64,000 nt of DNA from Dendrobates tinctorius (taxonomy: Eukaryota), in contig NW_027361676.1 in NCBI RefSeq assembly GCF_039654945.1, positions 47,182,001 through 47,246,000 on the forward strand, read 5' to 3'. The notes beneath the pieces are model-generated. The model searched no databases, was not told the origin of the DNA, and saw nothing but the letters and a program-made list of their open reading frames with translations. This document shows, one piece after another, positions 36,641 through 52,272 of the stretch. Every line of letters starts with the position of its first letter. The stretch's first letter is position 1. The position numbers and the translations under genes are program-made.

Positions 36641-37252
36641 CATGATATCATTTCAGCAGCCAATCACAGCCACAACAGTGGCTCATTGCATTATGGGGAC
36701 TTCTGATTCCGGTATCCGATATTGAAAAAATATTGGTACTCGGTATCGGAATTTCGATACATCGATTATCGGCCGATACCCGATATTTGCAGTATCGGAA
36801 TGCTCAACACTACTAGTCAGTGATACATAATACTGACCGGCCAGTTACAATGCTTCACTAAGGGGGCCTATAAGTCAAGTGACTGATCACATGAAAAACA
36901 TATGATCAGGTTAATGATGCACCCAGCCTGGTCTACGGCACATGTGCTGTTGTACAAGATCATGGCAGAGGATGCTCCAAAATACATTTGTGTATGGCGT
37001 GCTTGTTCGTGCACGAACCCCAAACATGGACTTCTCCAGAAAGTTTGTGTTATTGTTTGGGTTCGGCACCTCAAAAATGTGTATGGACCCTGAACATGGA
37101 ATTCTCCAGAAAATGTGTGTTACTGTTCGTGTTCAGCATCCCAAACATTTGCTGCTTCCCACTCTGTCATCTGTTTAACAGCATGAGAAACACCTTCAGC
37201 ACTCATTGGAGGTAAGATCACTGCCACCAGTCATAGAGCTGCATTTCCCATG

Positions 37253-37293
37253 CCATCCTGACGAAGGCTAAGTGCCGAAATGTGCGTTGGGGA
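37253..37293 (+). ncRNA. Minimal type I hammerhead ribozyme in a short PLE-like fragment (~37200-39500, split by a Tc1)
   Basis: CTGACGA a ggc taagt gcc GAAA tgtgcg TT gggg. Canonical core and perfect 3-bp stem II; stem III is CpG-decayed. Confidence 0.7.
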
Positions 37294-37720
37294 GGGCGTC
37301 TATCCCAGGAGACCAGGAGCAGTATACATTGTAATTTACTTTTGTACTTTTACTTCAGAATTCATTATATGCTGTACTGTTCTTTATCCTGGTCAGCAGA
37401 CATGCAAGTCATATATTGACACTTTCTGTGTCTCTCAACACTATCTGCATTGTCTGCTAGGCATACCAGTTTACTGGCACCTACTGTTTTTTCACTAAAT
37501 TGCACTGCACTTTACTTATTGTTATATGGTGCGCCTTATATAGCTATATATAATAATTGTTTTTATTATTCTTAATATCCATATTTGATTCACACTGATG
37601 TTGTTTATCACTTTTTTTTGCATGTACTGCATTGTAATATTTTTTAGCACCATTTTTTGCACTATTCTCTGATTTGTATGCCCTATATCTGGATAGGATT
37701 GCCCCAATTTTTTCAGTATA

Positions 37721-39354
<1,634 letters not shown>

Positions 39355-39599
39355 TATGTAAAAGATTTTTTTATCCCACACATTGATGCTCTTCTCCATT
39401 TTTATCCTGTTATACTAATAAAATTTATATTTTAATCTGTGACTTATGGTCGTTATGTATTTTTTCGTGTGTTGTGCTCTTAGTGAATTTACGACTGTCC
39501 CTGTTATTAACATTCACGTGTCCAGTAGCTAGCTAGCAGTAAATACCACTTGGTTCTGTTATCCAGTTAATTGTAATTGCTAGCTTTCTCTATTCCTCC

Positions 39600-42180
39600 T
39601 TTTTTATGTGTCCATGCTCTCAGATAGCAGTGTTAGCCAGCATCTGTGACCGGTGGTAAAAAGTCAGCTGATGAGAGAGTACTACTCTCATCACCTGTTG
39701 TCACTGATATCAGCTAAAGCAGGTGCCACTGATGGAAGTATTCATTAGCCAGTGCCTGTGCTATAAATAAATTTTTTAAAAAATATGTGGGGCCTCTTTT
39801 ATTTTTGATAACCAGTGCAGGCAAAGCTGACAACTGTGTGTTGCAACCCTCAGCTGTCACCTTTATCATGGCTGGTTATCAAAAACAGAGGAGTCCCATT
39901 CCATTTTTTAAAAAATATTTAAATAAATAATTAAAAAACAGCATGTGGTTCCCCATTTTTTCAAAGCAGCCAAGCTAAATCAAGCAGCTGCAGGCTGGAA
40001 TTTTCAGACTTGTAAGGGGCACAGTAGCCACAGCCACAGCCAGAGTTCATAGCTTGAGAACCCTGGTGACCTTGCTTTCAGCACTGCTCACTGAGTGAGA
40101 ACTCTCTCACACAGTGATCGGTGCTGCAATTGAGGTCACTGGGGTTCATCATCTATGAACTCCTGTGACCACAATGTCCAAAACCTAATAAGAAGGGTAC
40201 TTCACACAATTATATAACACAAATCCCATGAAAAATAACATGGAACAAGGAAGAGATCCCAATAATAAAAAAATTAAAAAATCATTTTATTCAAAATTGT
40301 TTTAAAATGACAAAAGCATAATGCCATATAGGGGACGCCATAAACACTCAAAAAATCATCATGAGGAGAAAATACATGACCCAGACTAGAACATTTGTGA
40401 ACCAATCACATAACAATACATGTCAATTATCCAGATTTCATTCTATAAAAGACCATAAGTAATGTCCAAAATAGATAATATTCAAAAAATTATCCCTCCC
40501 CAAAAAGTGAGAAAAGTCTCTCTGTGAAATCAAGGCATGAATACTATAAGACCGTGTGTAAATGACACAGTCACCATGTGAGGCAACGCTGGGGTGAGGG
40601 GACGCTGGATTACACTCTCCTATAGAGGTAATTATACATCATTTTCTCTGTGCACTGTGGCGCTTTCCTGATTAGGTATTGCCTCACATGGTGACTGTGT
40701 CATTTACACACGGTCTTATAGTATTCATGCCTTGAGTTCACAGAGAGACTTTTCTCACTTTTTGGGGAGGGATAATTTTTTGAATATTATCTATTTTGGA
40801 CATTACTTATGGTCTTTTATAGAATGAAATCTGGATAATTGACATGCATTGTTATGCGATTGGTTCACACATGTTCTAGTCTGGGTCATGTATTTTCTCC
40901 TCATGATGATTTTTTGAGTGTTTATGGCGTCCCCTATATGGCATTATACTTTTGTCATTTTAAAACAATTTTGAATAAAATGATTTTTTTATTATTGGGA
41001 TCTCTTCCTTGTTCCATGTTATTTTTCATGGGATTTGTGTTATATATCTATGAACTCCTGTGAACTTTATCATGGCAGCTCAGTGCTACACACTTCAGTG
41101 TGAGCCAGATCTTCATGGGACAGTAAGGATTCTATTCACATCAGACAAGTGAGGGATATGGTTGTTTTATATTATCTGTTTTTTTCCAGGGGACATTGGC
41201 TTCAATGGATTAGGCATAAAGATGAGTATAACTTTACTTTTTATTTTAAGTTCTCACGCAGCAAATGGTGCCATAAGTGAGGTTACCATGGATCATCAGC
41301 TATGAACTGCGGTGAACTTTCTCACAACAGTTCAGCACTACACATTGCAGAAATGTGATCACGCTCCTGTTTCAGTGTGAGCCAGCTGGTGAGGAAAGTG
41401 GTCACAAATGTGACTATTCTCTAAATCATCCAGATCGTTGAGGGACAGTTTCGATTATCTTCACATTGGAAAGGTGAGGGATATGGTTGTTTGTTATTTT
41501 TCTTCTTTTCTTGGGACATATACTTCAGTGGTTTAGGTGAAAAGGTGAGTATTATGGTTGTTTATTATTTTCAGTCTTTTCCATGTGTCATGGGCTTCAA
41601 TCGATTAGGTGTAAAGGCAAGTATAACTTTTTTTTATTTTATTAACTGTAAATAAAGGAGTATGTGTCCTTATTTAAATTAAAGGATTTCATTCTGGATG
41701 TGTTTTTATACAATCTAACTATAGAGTTAGCAATGGGGCATCTTTTAGATGCCTCTCTATTACTAACCCCAGGGCTTGATGTCAGTGGCCATAAAATAGC
41801 TGACATCAACCCCACAACTATTACCCAACTTGGCACCACACCAAGGTAAGTGCAAAGAGCTGGGTAAAGCAACAGAATTGGTGCATCTAATAAATGTGCA
41901 ATTTCTGGGGTAGCTGTGGGCTGATGTTTTTAGGCTTGGGGAGCCAATATCCATGATCCTTACCTGTCTGGGAATACCATACTCCAAGATCTTACCACTG
42001 ATTAGAGACTGTGTTTGGCGTGCTGTCATGCAGATGACAGCATTGCAAACAATGGATTTTTCGGTCCCCCATTCAACTGAATGGGGTCTGGGCTCGGTTA
42101 CCATTCTGGTAGCCAAACTAAACTGTTTTATGATGTGCGGTGGAACCCCCCGGACCCGAACATCCAGGAGTTTGCCCAAC
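39600..42180. mobile_element. Decayed non-autonomous DNA transposon (hAT-like) sequence, boundaries uncertain
   Basis: Internal duplicated modules (41100-41240 vs 41390-41640). cccattcaactgaatgggg hairpin and ccgaac motifs near the right end. No clear TSD. Confidence 0.4.
40169..41045. mobile_element. Hairpin-shaped retro-insertion (PLE-type inverted pLTR) with an 18-bp TSD
   Basis: Arms 40211-40586 / 40679-41046. TSD atctatgaactcctgtga at 40151-40168 and 41046-41063. Confidence 0.8.
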
Positions 42181-42234
42181 AATTATGATATAGCCATCAC
42201 AAAACCTTGATAACAACATATCATATCTCTCTAG

Positions 42235-42290
42235 GATTATATGAAGATATGGAAGAAGTTGAGCTAGCCTACACTTACGGAGGATCTGTG
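42235..42290 (+). CDS. Candidate 56-nt host coding exon, gene unidentified: (G)LYEDMEEVELAYTYGGSV
   Basis: ctctctag| acceptor and |gttagt donor. Only one frame is open. It lies at the start of an AT-rich non-repetitive block. Confidence 0.3.
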
Positions 42291-43754
42291 GTTAGTTCTT
42301 CAAAACATTTGGAACAACCTCCCATTTGATTTTCTTCAATATCTATGTGCAAGTGTCTCTAGATGAATTGAAAGTTTGATCCGACTTTGCATTTTGCTAG
42401 TTAATCAAAATAAATCATTAAGACTTCTACTGTTTAAAACATTTTGAATTTGCAGCACCTTTTCCACTCCTGCCTAAAGCATTTGCACAATACTGTATGT
42501 AGATTGTTCTTCATTTCAATCTCTATTAGCAAGAGCATGAAGTAAAGGTGGAAAATTGGATAAAGAATAGAGAGATTTAAAAGATGATTTGATGAGTTCC
42601 TCAAGGTTAGAGATAAAACATGAAGGTTTCAAATAAAACATTCATGTAGAAATAGTACACATTAACTTAACTTCATTTCTTTTCTTTATGAGGACCTACT
42701 TGGTGGAAATTTATCATCATGGTAGCTGGGAAGCATTGACCTAAATTGTTTTTTGTATTTTTTTAAAGAATGATATTATTTCTTTATATCATTATAAAAT
42801 AAGATCCATATAGGCACTATTACCAAGGGATTATTTTAGATTGGCATAATTATGCAAAACCTTGAAACTGTTATCTAGACATTACTCTAATGCTGTACTT
42901 TGGTATAGTAATTATATATTGTTTATTATCATATATCTCATAATATTTGATAAACAACTAACATAAATTAAACCTTTATTGTGTCATTACCTTAGCAGCT
43001 ATATTTAATAGGGTATAAAAGTATCTGCTCATCTTTAAATTTCTAAAGTACAAACTGATAAAACATGGAAGAATCAAACAAGCATAAATTTACCCAGGAG
43101 TACAGTAGTTGGATGACTTACAAAAGAAAAATCTGGGCAGCTGGCTCATCAATGTGGCATTGTTTGATTAACTGTCATTAACTGGTGTCTAATTGTGCAT
43201 CACTATTTGCTTTGCCATATAGTCTGGTAATATGGCATGTACTCATTACACATTACACAAGCTAAAGTTTTGTTTATTTTTGTTTAAAAAAGTTAATTAA
43301 AATGTATCTGTAGTGGGCATAAATTTTGACATTTGCAGTTTTTCCTGATTTGTCTGATATCAATCATTTTTTGCTATTATTGGACTAAGCAAAATCTTCT
43401 CAGCACTTTCTCACATTTGTAAATATACCCTACTAGTTATTCTCTATGACCATGAAAACCGTCCAAGTATAGTAATTCAAAGACTCATTCACTGTGATTT
43501 GAGTATATAATTTAATTAAAAATAGAGATTAAATTAGACAGTGAAACTAATTATAAAAAAATTACAAAACAAACTTGTTTTTATTAACACACCAGGCTTA
43601 CTAAAGGAAAATACCAGGGTTGCCAGGCTGCCAGTCCAGGCATTTTGCCAAAATATTGGTTGTGAGAAATTACTTGGAAAACGTAACATGCAGCTGTAAT
43701 TGTATGTTTAATTACATCTTATAATTTAAACATTTTTGTATGTATATATATATA

Positions 43755-44820
43755 GTAGCTGAAGAGCCCGGCGCTGCCCAGGCATAGTAACTAACTATGG
43801 TTAGTTATAGCAAATTATAATTATCCTCCATCCCATAGTCCCGTGCCCATATACCCATCATACATATCCACAATCCCATAGGCCCGTTCCCATATACCCA
43901 TCAAACATGTCCTCCATCCCATAGTCGAGTGCCCATATACCCATCACACATCCTCCATCCCATAGTCCCATGCCCATATACCCATCACACATCCTCCATC
44001 CCATAGTCCCGTGCCCATATACCCATCATACATATCCACAATCCCATAGGCCCGTTCCCATATACCCATCAAACATGTCCTCCATCCCATAGTCGAGTGC
44101 CCATATACCCATCACACATCCTCCATCCCATAGTCCCATGCCCATATACCCATCACACATCCTCCATCCCATAGTCGAGTGCCCATATACCCATCATACA
44201 CATTCGCCATCCCATAGCCTAGTGCCCATATACCATCACACATCCTTCATCTCATAGTCCCATGTCCATATACTCATCATATATATCCTCCATCCCATAG
44301 TCCCGTGCCCATATACCCATCATACATATCCACCATCCCATAGTCCCATACCCATATACCCATCATACATATCCTCCATCCCATAGTCCAGTGCCCATAT
44401 ACCCATCACACATCCTCCATCCCATAGTCCTGTGCCCATATACATATCCATCATCCCATAGTCCTGTGCCCATATACCTGTCATACATATCCTCCATCCC
44501 ATAATCCAGTGCCCATATACCCATCACACATCCTTCATCCCATAGTCAACCATTATGACATCATAATAAGCGGCGGGGCTTGATACACACACACTTTTTC
44601 CCCATTATGTAGATAGGGGCAAAATTGTTTGATGAATTGGAATGTGCAGGGTTAAAATTTCGCCTTACAACATAGCCTAGGACACTCTTGGGGTCCAGAC
44701 GTGTGACTGTGCCAAATTTTGTGGCTGTAGCTGCGATGGTGCGGATGCCAATCTCAGACATACACACATACATACATACATATATACATACATACACACA
44801 CTTGAGCTTTATAAATTAGA
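43755..44820 (-). mobile_element. Non-autonomous Helitron
   Basis: The minus strand starts TCTAATTTATAAAG and ends with a GC hairpin (cctgggcagcgccggg) about 12 nt before CTAC|T (CTAG variant). No TSD. Confidence 0.7.
43823..44547. repeat. 39-41-bp minisatellite, about 18 copies
   Basis: atcctccatcccatagtcccgtgcccatatacccatcacac. Confidence 0.95.
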
Positions 44821-45519
44821 CATGTATATACAGTATATATATATACCTATATTTTTTCTTGATTTTTCTATGTCATACTTGGCTTGAACATTATTCTTTA
44901 TCTATGGTCTATGTGTAAAAATGAAAATTCTGATATTACAATTATTGAAAAAAATGAAATTCATTCTTTTCAATCCATTTCAAACAATCAGCTGGCTTCA
45001 TTAAAGAAAAAGTCCGTCAAAGATTTTTTCCTCTTAATAGATTGCAATCATCAAATAATATAGCACTGTTTTGGAAGGATTGCTAATTTTGCATTTATAC
45101 CCAGTAAATTCTTCTCTTTTCTTTGCTCTATGTAGAAATAGGATGTCTTTTTTTTTTGCATCAGTCATCTCCCTCTTCAACTCCAGAACTAGCTGCTCAG
45201 TTCCTCCTTCCTGCCAAGGACTTTTGCAGGGATGATTCATGCAGGGACCAGAGACTTTTTGTTTCTAAATAAAGCTTAGAAGGATTCAGATGGCATATTT
45301 TAATCACATCATGTCATAGACCTAATGGAAAAAAGCAGAATTATCTGCTTAAAAAAGAAAAACTAGATGTGCATTTCCTGAAGGAAGTACAGATAGTGCT
45401 TTGAAATGGTGCCCGGGCTGCCCCTTTAAGAGAAACTTGGCTGCTGCCCCAGCAAGATTTTCAACTCAGGATCCGTTTTAACTGTGGGTGCCTCTCAGGG
45501 GCCACTTTGGCCTGTGTGG

Positions 45520-46090
45520 CCCCTCAGGGTCTGATTTGGTGGGTGGCACCCCACAGGATCTGATTCGGTGGCCTAGGCTCCTCAGGGCTTGAATTGGTGG
45601 ATGGGATCCCTCAGGGTCCGATTTTGTGGCTGGGGCCCCTCAGGGTCCGATTTGGTGGGTGGAGCCACTCTGGCTCCGATTTGGTGGGTGAGGCCCCTCA
45701 GGGTCTAATTTGGTTGGCGGGGCCAATCTGGGTCTGATTTGGTGGGCGGGGCCACTCTGGAACCAATTTGGTGGGCGGGGCCACTCTGGGTCTGATTTGG
45801 TGGGCGGGGCACCTCAGGGTCCAATTTGGTGGATGGGGCCCCTCAGAGTCTGATTTGGTGGGCGGGGCCCCTCAGGGTCTGATTTGATGGGCGGGGCACC
45901 TCAGGGTCTGATCTGGTGGGCGGGGCCACTCTGGGTCCGATTTGGTGAGCAGGGCCACTCTGGGTCCGATTTGGAGGCCAGGGTGGCTCAGCCTCCGATT
46001 TGTAGGCCAAGGTCGATCAGCCTCCGATTTAGAGGCCAGGATGGCTCCGCCTCCGATTTGGAGCCTGGGGTCACTCAGCTTTCGATTTGG
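45520..46090. repeat. 29-bp G-rich minisatellite, array 1
   Basis: gggtccgatttggtgggcggggcccctca. Confidence 0.9.
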
Positions 46091-46734
46091 TGCGCCGGCC
46101 CTTTATGACTCATTTCGGTGCGCCGGCCCTTTAAGAATCACTTTGGCGCGTCGGCCCTTTAAGTGCCAGTTTGGCTCACTGGGCTTCTAAATCCACTTTA
46201 GCGCACATTCTCTCTCAGGACATGCATCATGTGATGAAGCTAGATTTGCATTTGTGCTGTTGGTTTTGCTTTAAGAGCTGAAATTATCTGGCAGAAACTG
46301 TGTCCTGGAGGGGTCATGTGAAGTTCGTAGGTGTTGGCATAGTAACTGGGTCTGCCTGTGCATATCAATGAGCTTAACTGCCATTTGAATCGCCTCAGGG
46401 CATGAAATGCATTGAGGAAAATGTTTTTTCAAACGCAAATTGTGCAAAAACTACAAATCCGATCGACACGAAAATTACTTAGCACACCACTCGTGGACAT
46501 TGGCTTCTAAACGACACCTCAACGGAGTAGTGGTTCGGGCCGCATTAACTGCGGAAAATCAACTGAATAATAATAAGAAGACTAGATGTGTATTTCCTGA
46601 AGGAAGTACAGATAGTGCTTTGAAATGGTGCCCGGGCTGCCCCTTTAAGAGAGACTTGACTGCTGCCCCTGCAAGACTTTCAACTCAGGATCCCTTTTAA
46701 CTGTGGGTGCCTCTCAGGGGTCACTTTGACCTGT

Positions 46735-47790
46735 GGGGCCCCCGGGTCTGATTTGGTGGGTGGGGCCCCTCAGGATCTGATTCAGCGGCCTGGGCTACTC
46801 AGGGCTTGAATTTGTGGGCAGGGCCCCATAGGGTCTGATTTGGTGGGTGGGGCCCCTCAGGGTCCGATTTGGTGGGTGGGGCCCCTCAGGGTCCGATTTT
46901 GTGGTTGGGGCCCCTCAGGGTCCGATTTTGTGGCCGGGGCCCTCAGGGTCCGATTTTGTGAGTGGGGCCCCTCAGGGTCTGATTTTGTGGTTGGGGCCCC
47001 TCAGTGTCCGAACTTGTAGCCGGGGCCCCTCAAGGTCCTTTTTGTGGGTGAGGCTCCTAAAGGTCTGATTTTGTGGGCGGAGCCCCTTAGAGTCCAATTT
47101 GGTGGGCGGGGCCACTCTGGGTCCGATTTGGTGGGCGGGGTGCCTCAGGGTCCGATTTGGTGGGTGGGGCCTTTCTGGGTCCGATTTAGTTGGCGGGGCC
47201 CCTCAGGGACTGATTTTGTGGGTGTGACCCCTCAGGGTCTGATTTTGTGGGTATAGCCCCTCAGGGTCTGATTTTGTGTGTAGGACCCTTCAGGGTCTGA
47301 TTTTGTGGGTGGGGTCACTCAGGGTCTGATTTTGTGGGTGGGGCCCCTCAGGGTCCGATTTTGTGAGTGGAGCCCCTCAGGGTCCGATTTTGTGGCCGGG
47401 GCCCCTCAGGGTCCGATTTTGTGGCCGGGGCCCCTCAGGGTCCGATTTTGTGGCCGGGGCCCCTCAGAGTCTGATTTAGTGGATGGGGCCCCTCAGGGTC
47501 CGATTTGGTGGGCGGGGTCCCTCATGGTCTGATTTGGTGGGTGGGGCCCCTTAGGGTCCGATTTGGTGGGCGGGGCCACTCTGGGTCCGATTTGATGGGT
47601 GGGGCCCCTCAGGGTCCGATTTAGTGGACAGGGCCCCTTAGGGTCTGATTTGGTGGGCGGGGCCACTCTGGGTCCGATTTGGTGAGCGGGGCCACTCTGG
47701 GTCCGATTTGTAGGCCAGGGTCGATCAGCCTCTGATTTGGAGGCCGGGGTGGCTCAGCCTCCAATTTGGAGCCTGGGGTCATTCAGCTTT
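46735..47790. repeat. 29-bp G-rich minisatellite, array 2 (about 36 copies)
   Basis: Same unit; period 29 is visible at 47401/47430. Confidence 0.92.
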
Positions 47791-49319
47791 TGATTTGGCG
47801 CGCTGGCCCTTTAAGACTCACTTTGGTGCGCCGGCCCTTTAAGAATCACTTAGGCGCGCCAGCTGTTTAAGAGCTAGTTTGGCTCACTGGGCTTCTAAAT
47901 CCACTTTGGCGCACATTCTCTCTCAGTGGCGTGCGTCATGTGATGAAGCTAGATTTGCATTTGTGCTGTGGGTTTCGCTTTAAGAGCTGATATTATCTGC
48001 CTGAATCTGTGTCCTGATGAGGTCATGTATAGTTCGTAGTCCTTGGCATAGTAACTGGGTCTGCCTGCGCTTATCAATGAGCTTAACTGCCATTTCAATC
48101 TCCTCAGGGCATGTTTTGTCTGTGGCAACATTTCCCCATTGAAAAGCATTGAGACAATGCATTCCAATGACGGGAAAAAAAAATTTCTAACGCAAATTGC
48201 GCAAAAACTACAAATCCGATCGACACGAAACATACTTAGCACACCACTCGTGGACGCTGGCTTCGAAACGACACCTCAACGGAGTCTGTGCGTGTAACGG
48301 TTCGGGCCGCATTAATTGAGGAAATCAACTGAATAATAAGAATAATTTAGCAGCGTTCGGATTACAATATAGTGGCTTTTTCAAAGCACTATAATGAGCA
48401 ATTGTTTGTACAAAGTGCCATATAATATGATGACTGCAATGTATTAAGAGGATACATATAGTGGTGGTAAGGCATTTTTTAAGAAGAACCACTCTTACCT
48501 CATATTAAAGAAAAGTATGCAAAAACTGCAGTTTAAATTGAAGTAAAATCTTATGAGAATCCACAGAGAATGATTTTCTTATGACTCTTACTTGCTCAAC
48601 TTATCACATGATGTAATCCAGTCAACCTGTAGAGGATCCTAGAGACATCACTATCTTTATTTTGTATGTATTTTATACATCAGTAAAGAAGTGGTTTCTA
48701 CAGTTTGATGTGTAATTCTGGCTTCTATGAAACAAGAGTAGTGTTGAGCATTCCGATACCGCAAGTATCGGGTATCGGCCGATACTTGCTGTATCGGAAT
48801 TCCGATACCGACTTCCGATATTTTTTCAATATCGGAAGTCGGCATCGGAATCGGAAGTTCAAAGTTGATTGACAGCCGAAATGACGTCATCATGATGCGC
48901 GGTGTGTGCGCATCATGATGCGCCGTCATTTCGGGCCTTCCGGGGGTCTCTGCCGGCCTGCCGGGGGGGCTGTGTGGACTGCCCGGGGTCTGTACCGGCC
49001 TGCTGGGGGGCTGTGCCGGCCTGCCGGTGGTCTGTGCACCCTGTGGGGGTCTGTACGGGCCTGCCGGGGGGCTGTGCCGGCCTGCCGGTGGTCTGTGCAC
49101 CCTGTGGGGGTCTGTACCGGCCTGCCGGAGGGCTGTGCCGGCCTGCCGGGGGGCTGTGCTGATGTCCGGGGGTCTGTGCAAGCATCGTCCGATGGGACTA
49201 TAAGTCCCATCTGGCGATGCCTGCTACCATGACAGTGATTGACACATTAGCCAATGATGGGACAGTAGTAGTCCCATGATCCGGCTAATGTGTTAAATGT
49301 TAAAAAAAAAAAAAAAAAA

Positions 49320-51170
49320 ATACTACATACATACTACATACATACTACATGCATGCTACATACATACTACATGCTACATACATACTACATATATACTACA
49401 TGCATGCTACATACATACTGCATGCTACATACATACTACATACATACTACATACATACCACATATATACTACATACATACTACATGCATGCTACATACAT
49501 ACTACATACATACTACATACATACTACATGCATGCTACATACATAACACATATATACTACATGCATGCTACATACATACTACATGCTACATACATACTAC
49601 ATATATACTACATACATACTACATACATACTACATGCATGCTACATACATACTACATGCTACATACATACTACATATATACTACATGCATGCTACATACA
49701 TACTACATGCTACATACATACTACATGCATGCTACATACATACTACATGCTACATACATACTACATATATACTACATGCATGCTACATACATACTACATG
49801 CTACATACATACTACATATATACTACATACATACTACATACATGCTACATACATACTGCATGCTACATACATACTACATACATACTACATACATACTACA
49901 TACATACCACATATATACTACATACATACTACATGCATGCTACATACATACCACATACATGCTACATACATACTACATACATACTACATACATACTACAT
50001 GCATGCTACATACATAACACATATATACTACATGAATGCTACATACATACTACATGCTACATACATACCACATACATACTACATACATACTACATGCATG
50101 CTACATACATACTACATGCTACATACATACTACATATATACTACATGCATGCTACATACATACTGCATGCTACATACATACTACATACATACTACATACA
50201 TACCACATATATACTACATACATACTACATACATACTACATACATACTACATACATACCACATATATACTACATACATACTACATGCATGCTACATACAT
50301 ACTACATACATACTACATACATACTACATGCATGCTATATACATAACACATATATACTACATGCATGCTACATACATACTACATGCTACATACATACTAC
50401 ATATATACTACATACATACTACATACATACTACATGCATGCTACATACATACTACATGCTACATACATACTACATATATACTACATGCATGCTACATACA
50501 TACTACATGCTACATACATACTACATACATACTACATGCATGCTACATACATACTACATGCTACATACATACTACATATATACTACATGCATGCTACATA
50601 CATACTACATGCTACATACATACTACATATATACTACATACATACTACATACATGCTACATACATACTGCATGCTACTTACATACTACATACATACTACA
50701 TACATACTACATACATACCACATATATACTACATACATACTACATGCATGCTACATACATACCACATACATGCTACATACATACTACATACATACTACAT
50801 ACATACTACATGCATGCTACATACATAACACATATATACTACATGAATGCTACATACATACTACATGCTACATACATACCACATACATACTACATACATA
50901 CTACATACATACTACATGCATGCTACATACATACTACATATACTACATGCATGCTACATACATACTACATGCTACATACATACCACATATATACTACATG
51001 CATGCTACATACATGCTACATGCTACATACATACTACATATATACTACATGCATGCTACATACATACTACATGCTACATACATACCACATATATACTACA
51101 TACATACTACATACAATACATTCATACAATACATACATAGACATACAGTACATATAACATAGAGTAACAT
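49320..51170. repeat. (TACATACATAC)-type satellite, left arm
   Basis: Directly visible. Confidence 0.95.
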
Positions 51171-51369
51171 ACTTACCAATACCAATTCCTGCAGCCCGTA
51201 GAGAACGTCAGCATCAGCTGATGCTGCAGTTCTCTACCCAAGATCGTCGTGGGACACACTCGTGGACTGCTTCGGATCATGGGTGAGTATTTTTGTGGTT
51301 TGTTATGTTAATATTTATTCCGTAAAAGACAATGGCTTCGGGGAACAATGTGACAAGTATTGGTAAGTA

Positions 51370-52272
51370 TGTTACTCTATGTTATATGTACTGTATGTCT
51401 ATGTATGTATTGTATGAATGTATTGTATGTAGTATGTATGTAGTATATATGTGGTATGTATGTAGCATGTAGTATGTATGTAGTATGTATGTAGCATGCA
51501 TGTAGCATGCAGTATGTATGTAGCATGCATGTAGTATGTATGTAGTATGTATGTGGTATGTATGTAGCATGTAGTATGTATGTAGCATGCATGTAGTATG
51601 CATGTAGTATGTATGTAGCATGCATGTAGTATATATGTAGTATGTATGTAGCATGTAGTATGTATGTAGCATGCATGTAGTATATATGTAGTATGTATGT
51701 AGCATGTAGTATGTATGTAGCATGCATGTAGTATGTATGTAGTATGTATGTAGTATGTATGTGGTATGTATGTAGCATGTAGTATGTATGTAGCATGCAT
51801 GTAGTATATATGTGTTATGTATGTAGCATGTAGCATGCATGTAGCATGCATGTAGTATGTATGTAGTATGTATGTAGTATGTATGTGGTATGTATGTAGC
51901 ATGTAGCATGCATGTAGTATGTATGTAGTATATATGTGGTATGTATGTAGCATGTAGTATGTATGTAGCATGCAGTATGTATGTAGCATGCATGTAGTAT
52001 ATATGTAGTATGTATGTAGCATATATGTAGTATGTATGTAGCATGTAGTATATATGTAGTATGCATGTTGCATGCATGTAGTATATATGTAGTATGTATG
52101 TTGCATGTAGTATTTATGTAGTATGCATGTTGCATGCATGTAGTATATATGTAGTATTTATGTTGCATGTAGTATATATGTAGTATGAATGTAGCATGTA
52201 TTTAGTATGTAGTATGAATGTAGCATGTATGTAGTATGCATGTTGTATGTATGTAGCATGTATGTAGCATGT
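51370..52272. repeat. Inverted (GTATGTATGTA)-type satellite, right arm
   Basis: Reverse complement of the left-arm satellite. Confidence 0.95.

Larger units (their letters stand above)
23248..36812. mobile_element. hAT-type satellite-bearing element (same family as 48739-52907), one end lost, filled with nested Tc1 and Penelope insertions
   Basis: tagtagtcccatcatccggctaa + poly-A + CATAC satellite at 23248-23410. Satellite remnants at 25926-25946 and 27562-27582. Inverted satellite at 35868-36206, GC minisatellite, and TIR ...gctcaacacta at 36812. Confidence 0.75.
45361..48393 (-). mobile_element. Helentron/HINE (DINE-1-like) element in two tandem units (45361-46580; 46581-48393)
   Basis: subTIRs tagtgctttgaaa (45394 and 46614) / tttcaaagcacta (48379). 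5' palindrome tatagtg..cactata, AAT/AAG microsatellite, central tandem repeats, and 3' stem-loop ttcctgaaggaa next to ctag. Confidence 0.75.

Noticed and set aside
36242-36725. Overlapping GC-rich ORFs (also 48657-49232 and 52309-52936)
   Set aside because: They arise from GC minisatellites within hAT-type elements.
45520-47790. 29-bp repeats of CRISPR-like length
   Set aside because: Tandem units without unique spacers, no cas genes, eukaryotic TE context.
49290-52168. Long ORFs (up to 512 aa) rich in H/T/Y/I
   Set aside because: These are translations of a stop-poor simple satellite, open in all frames; not genes.
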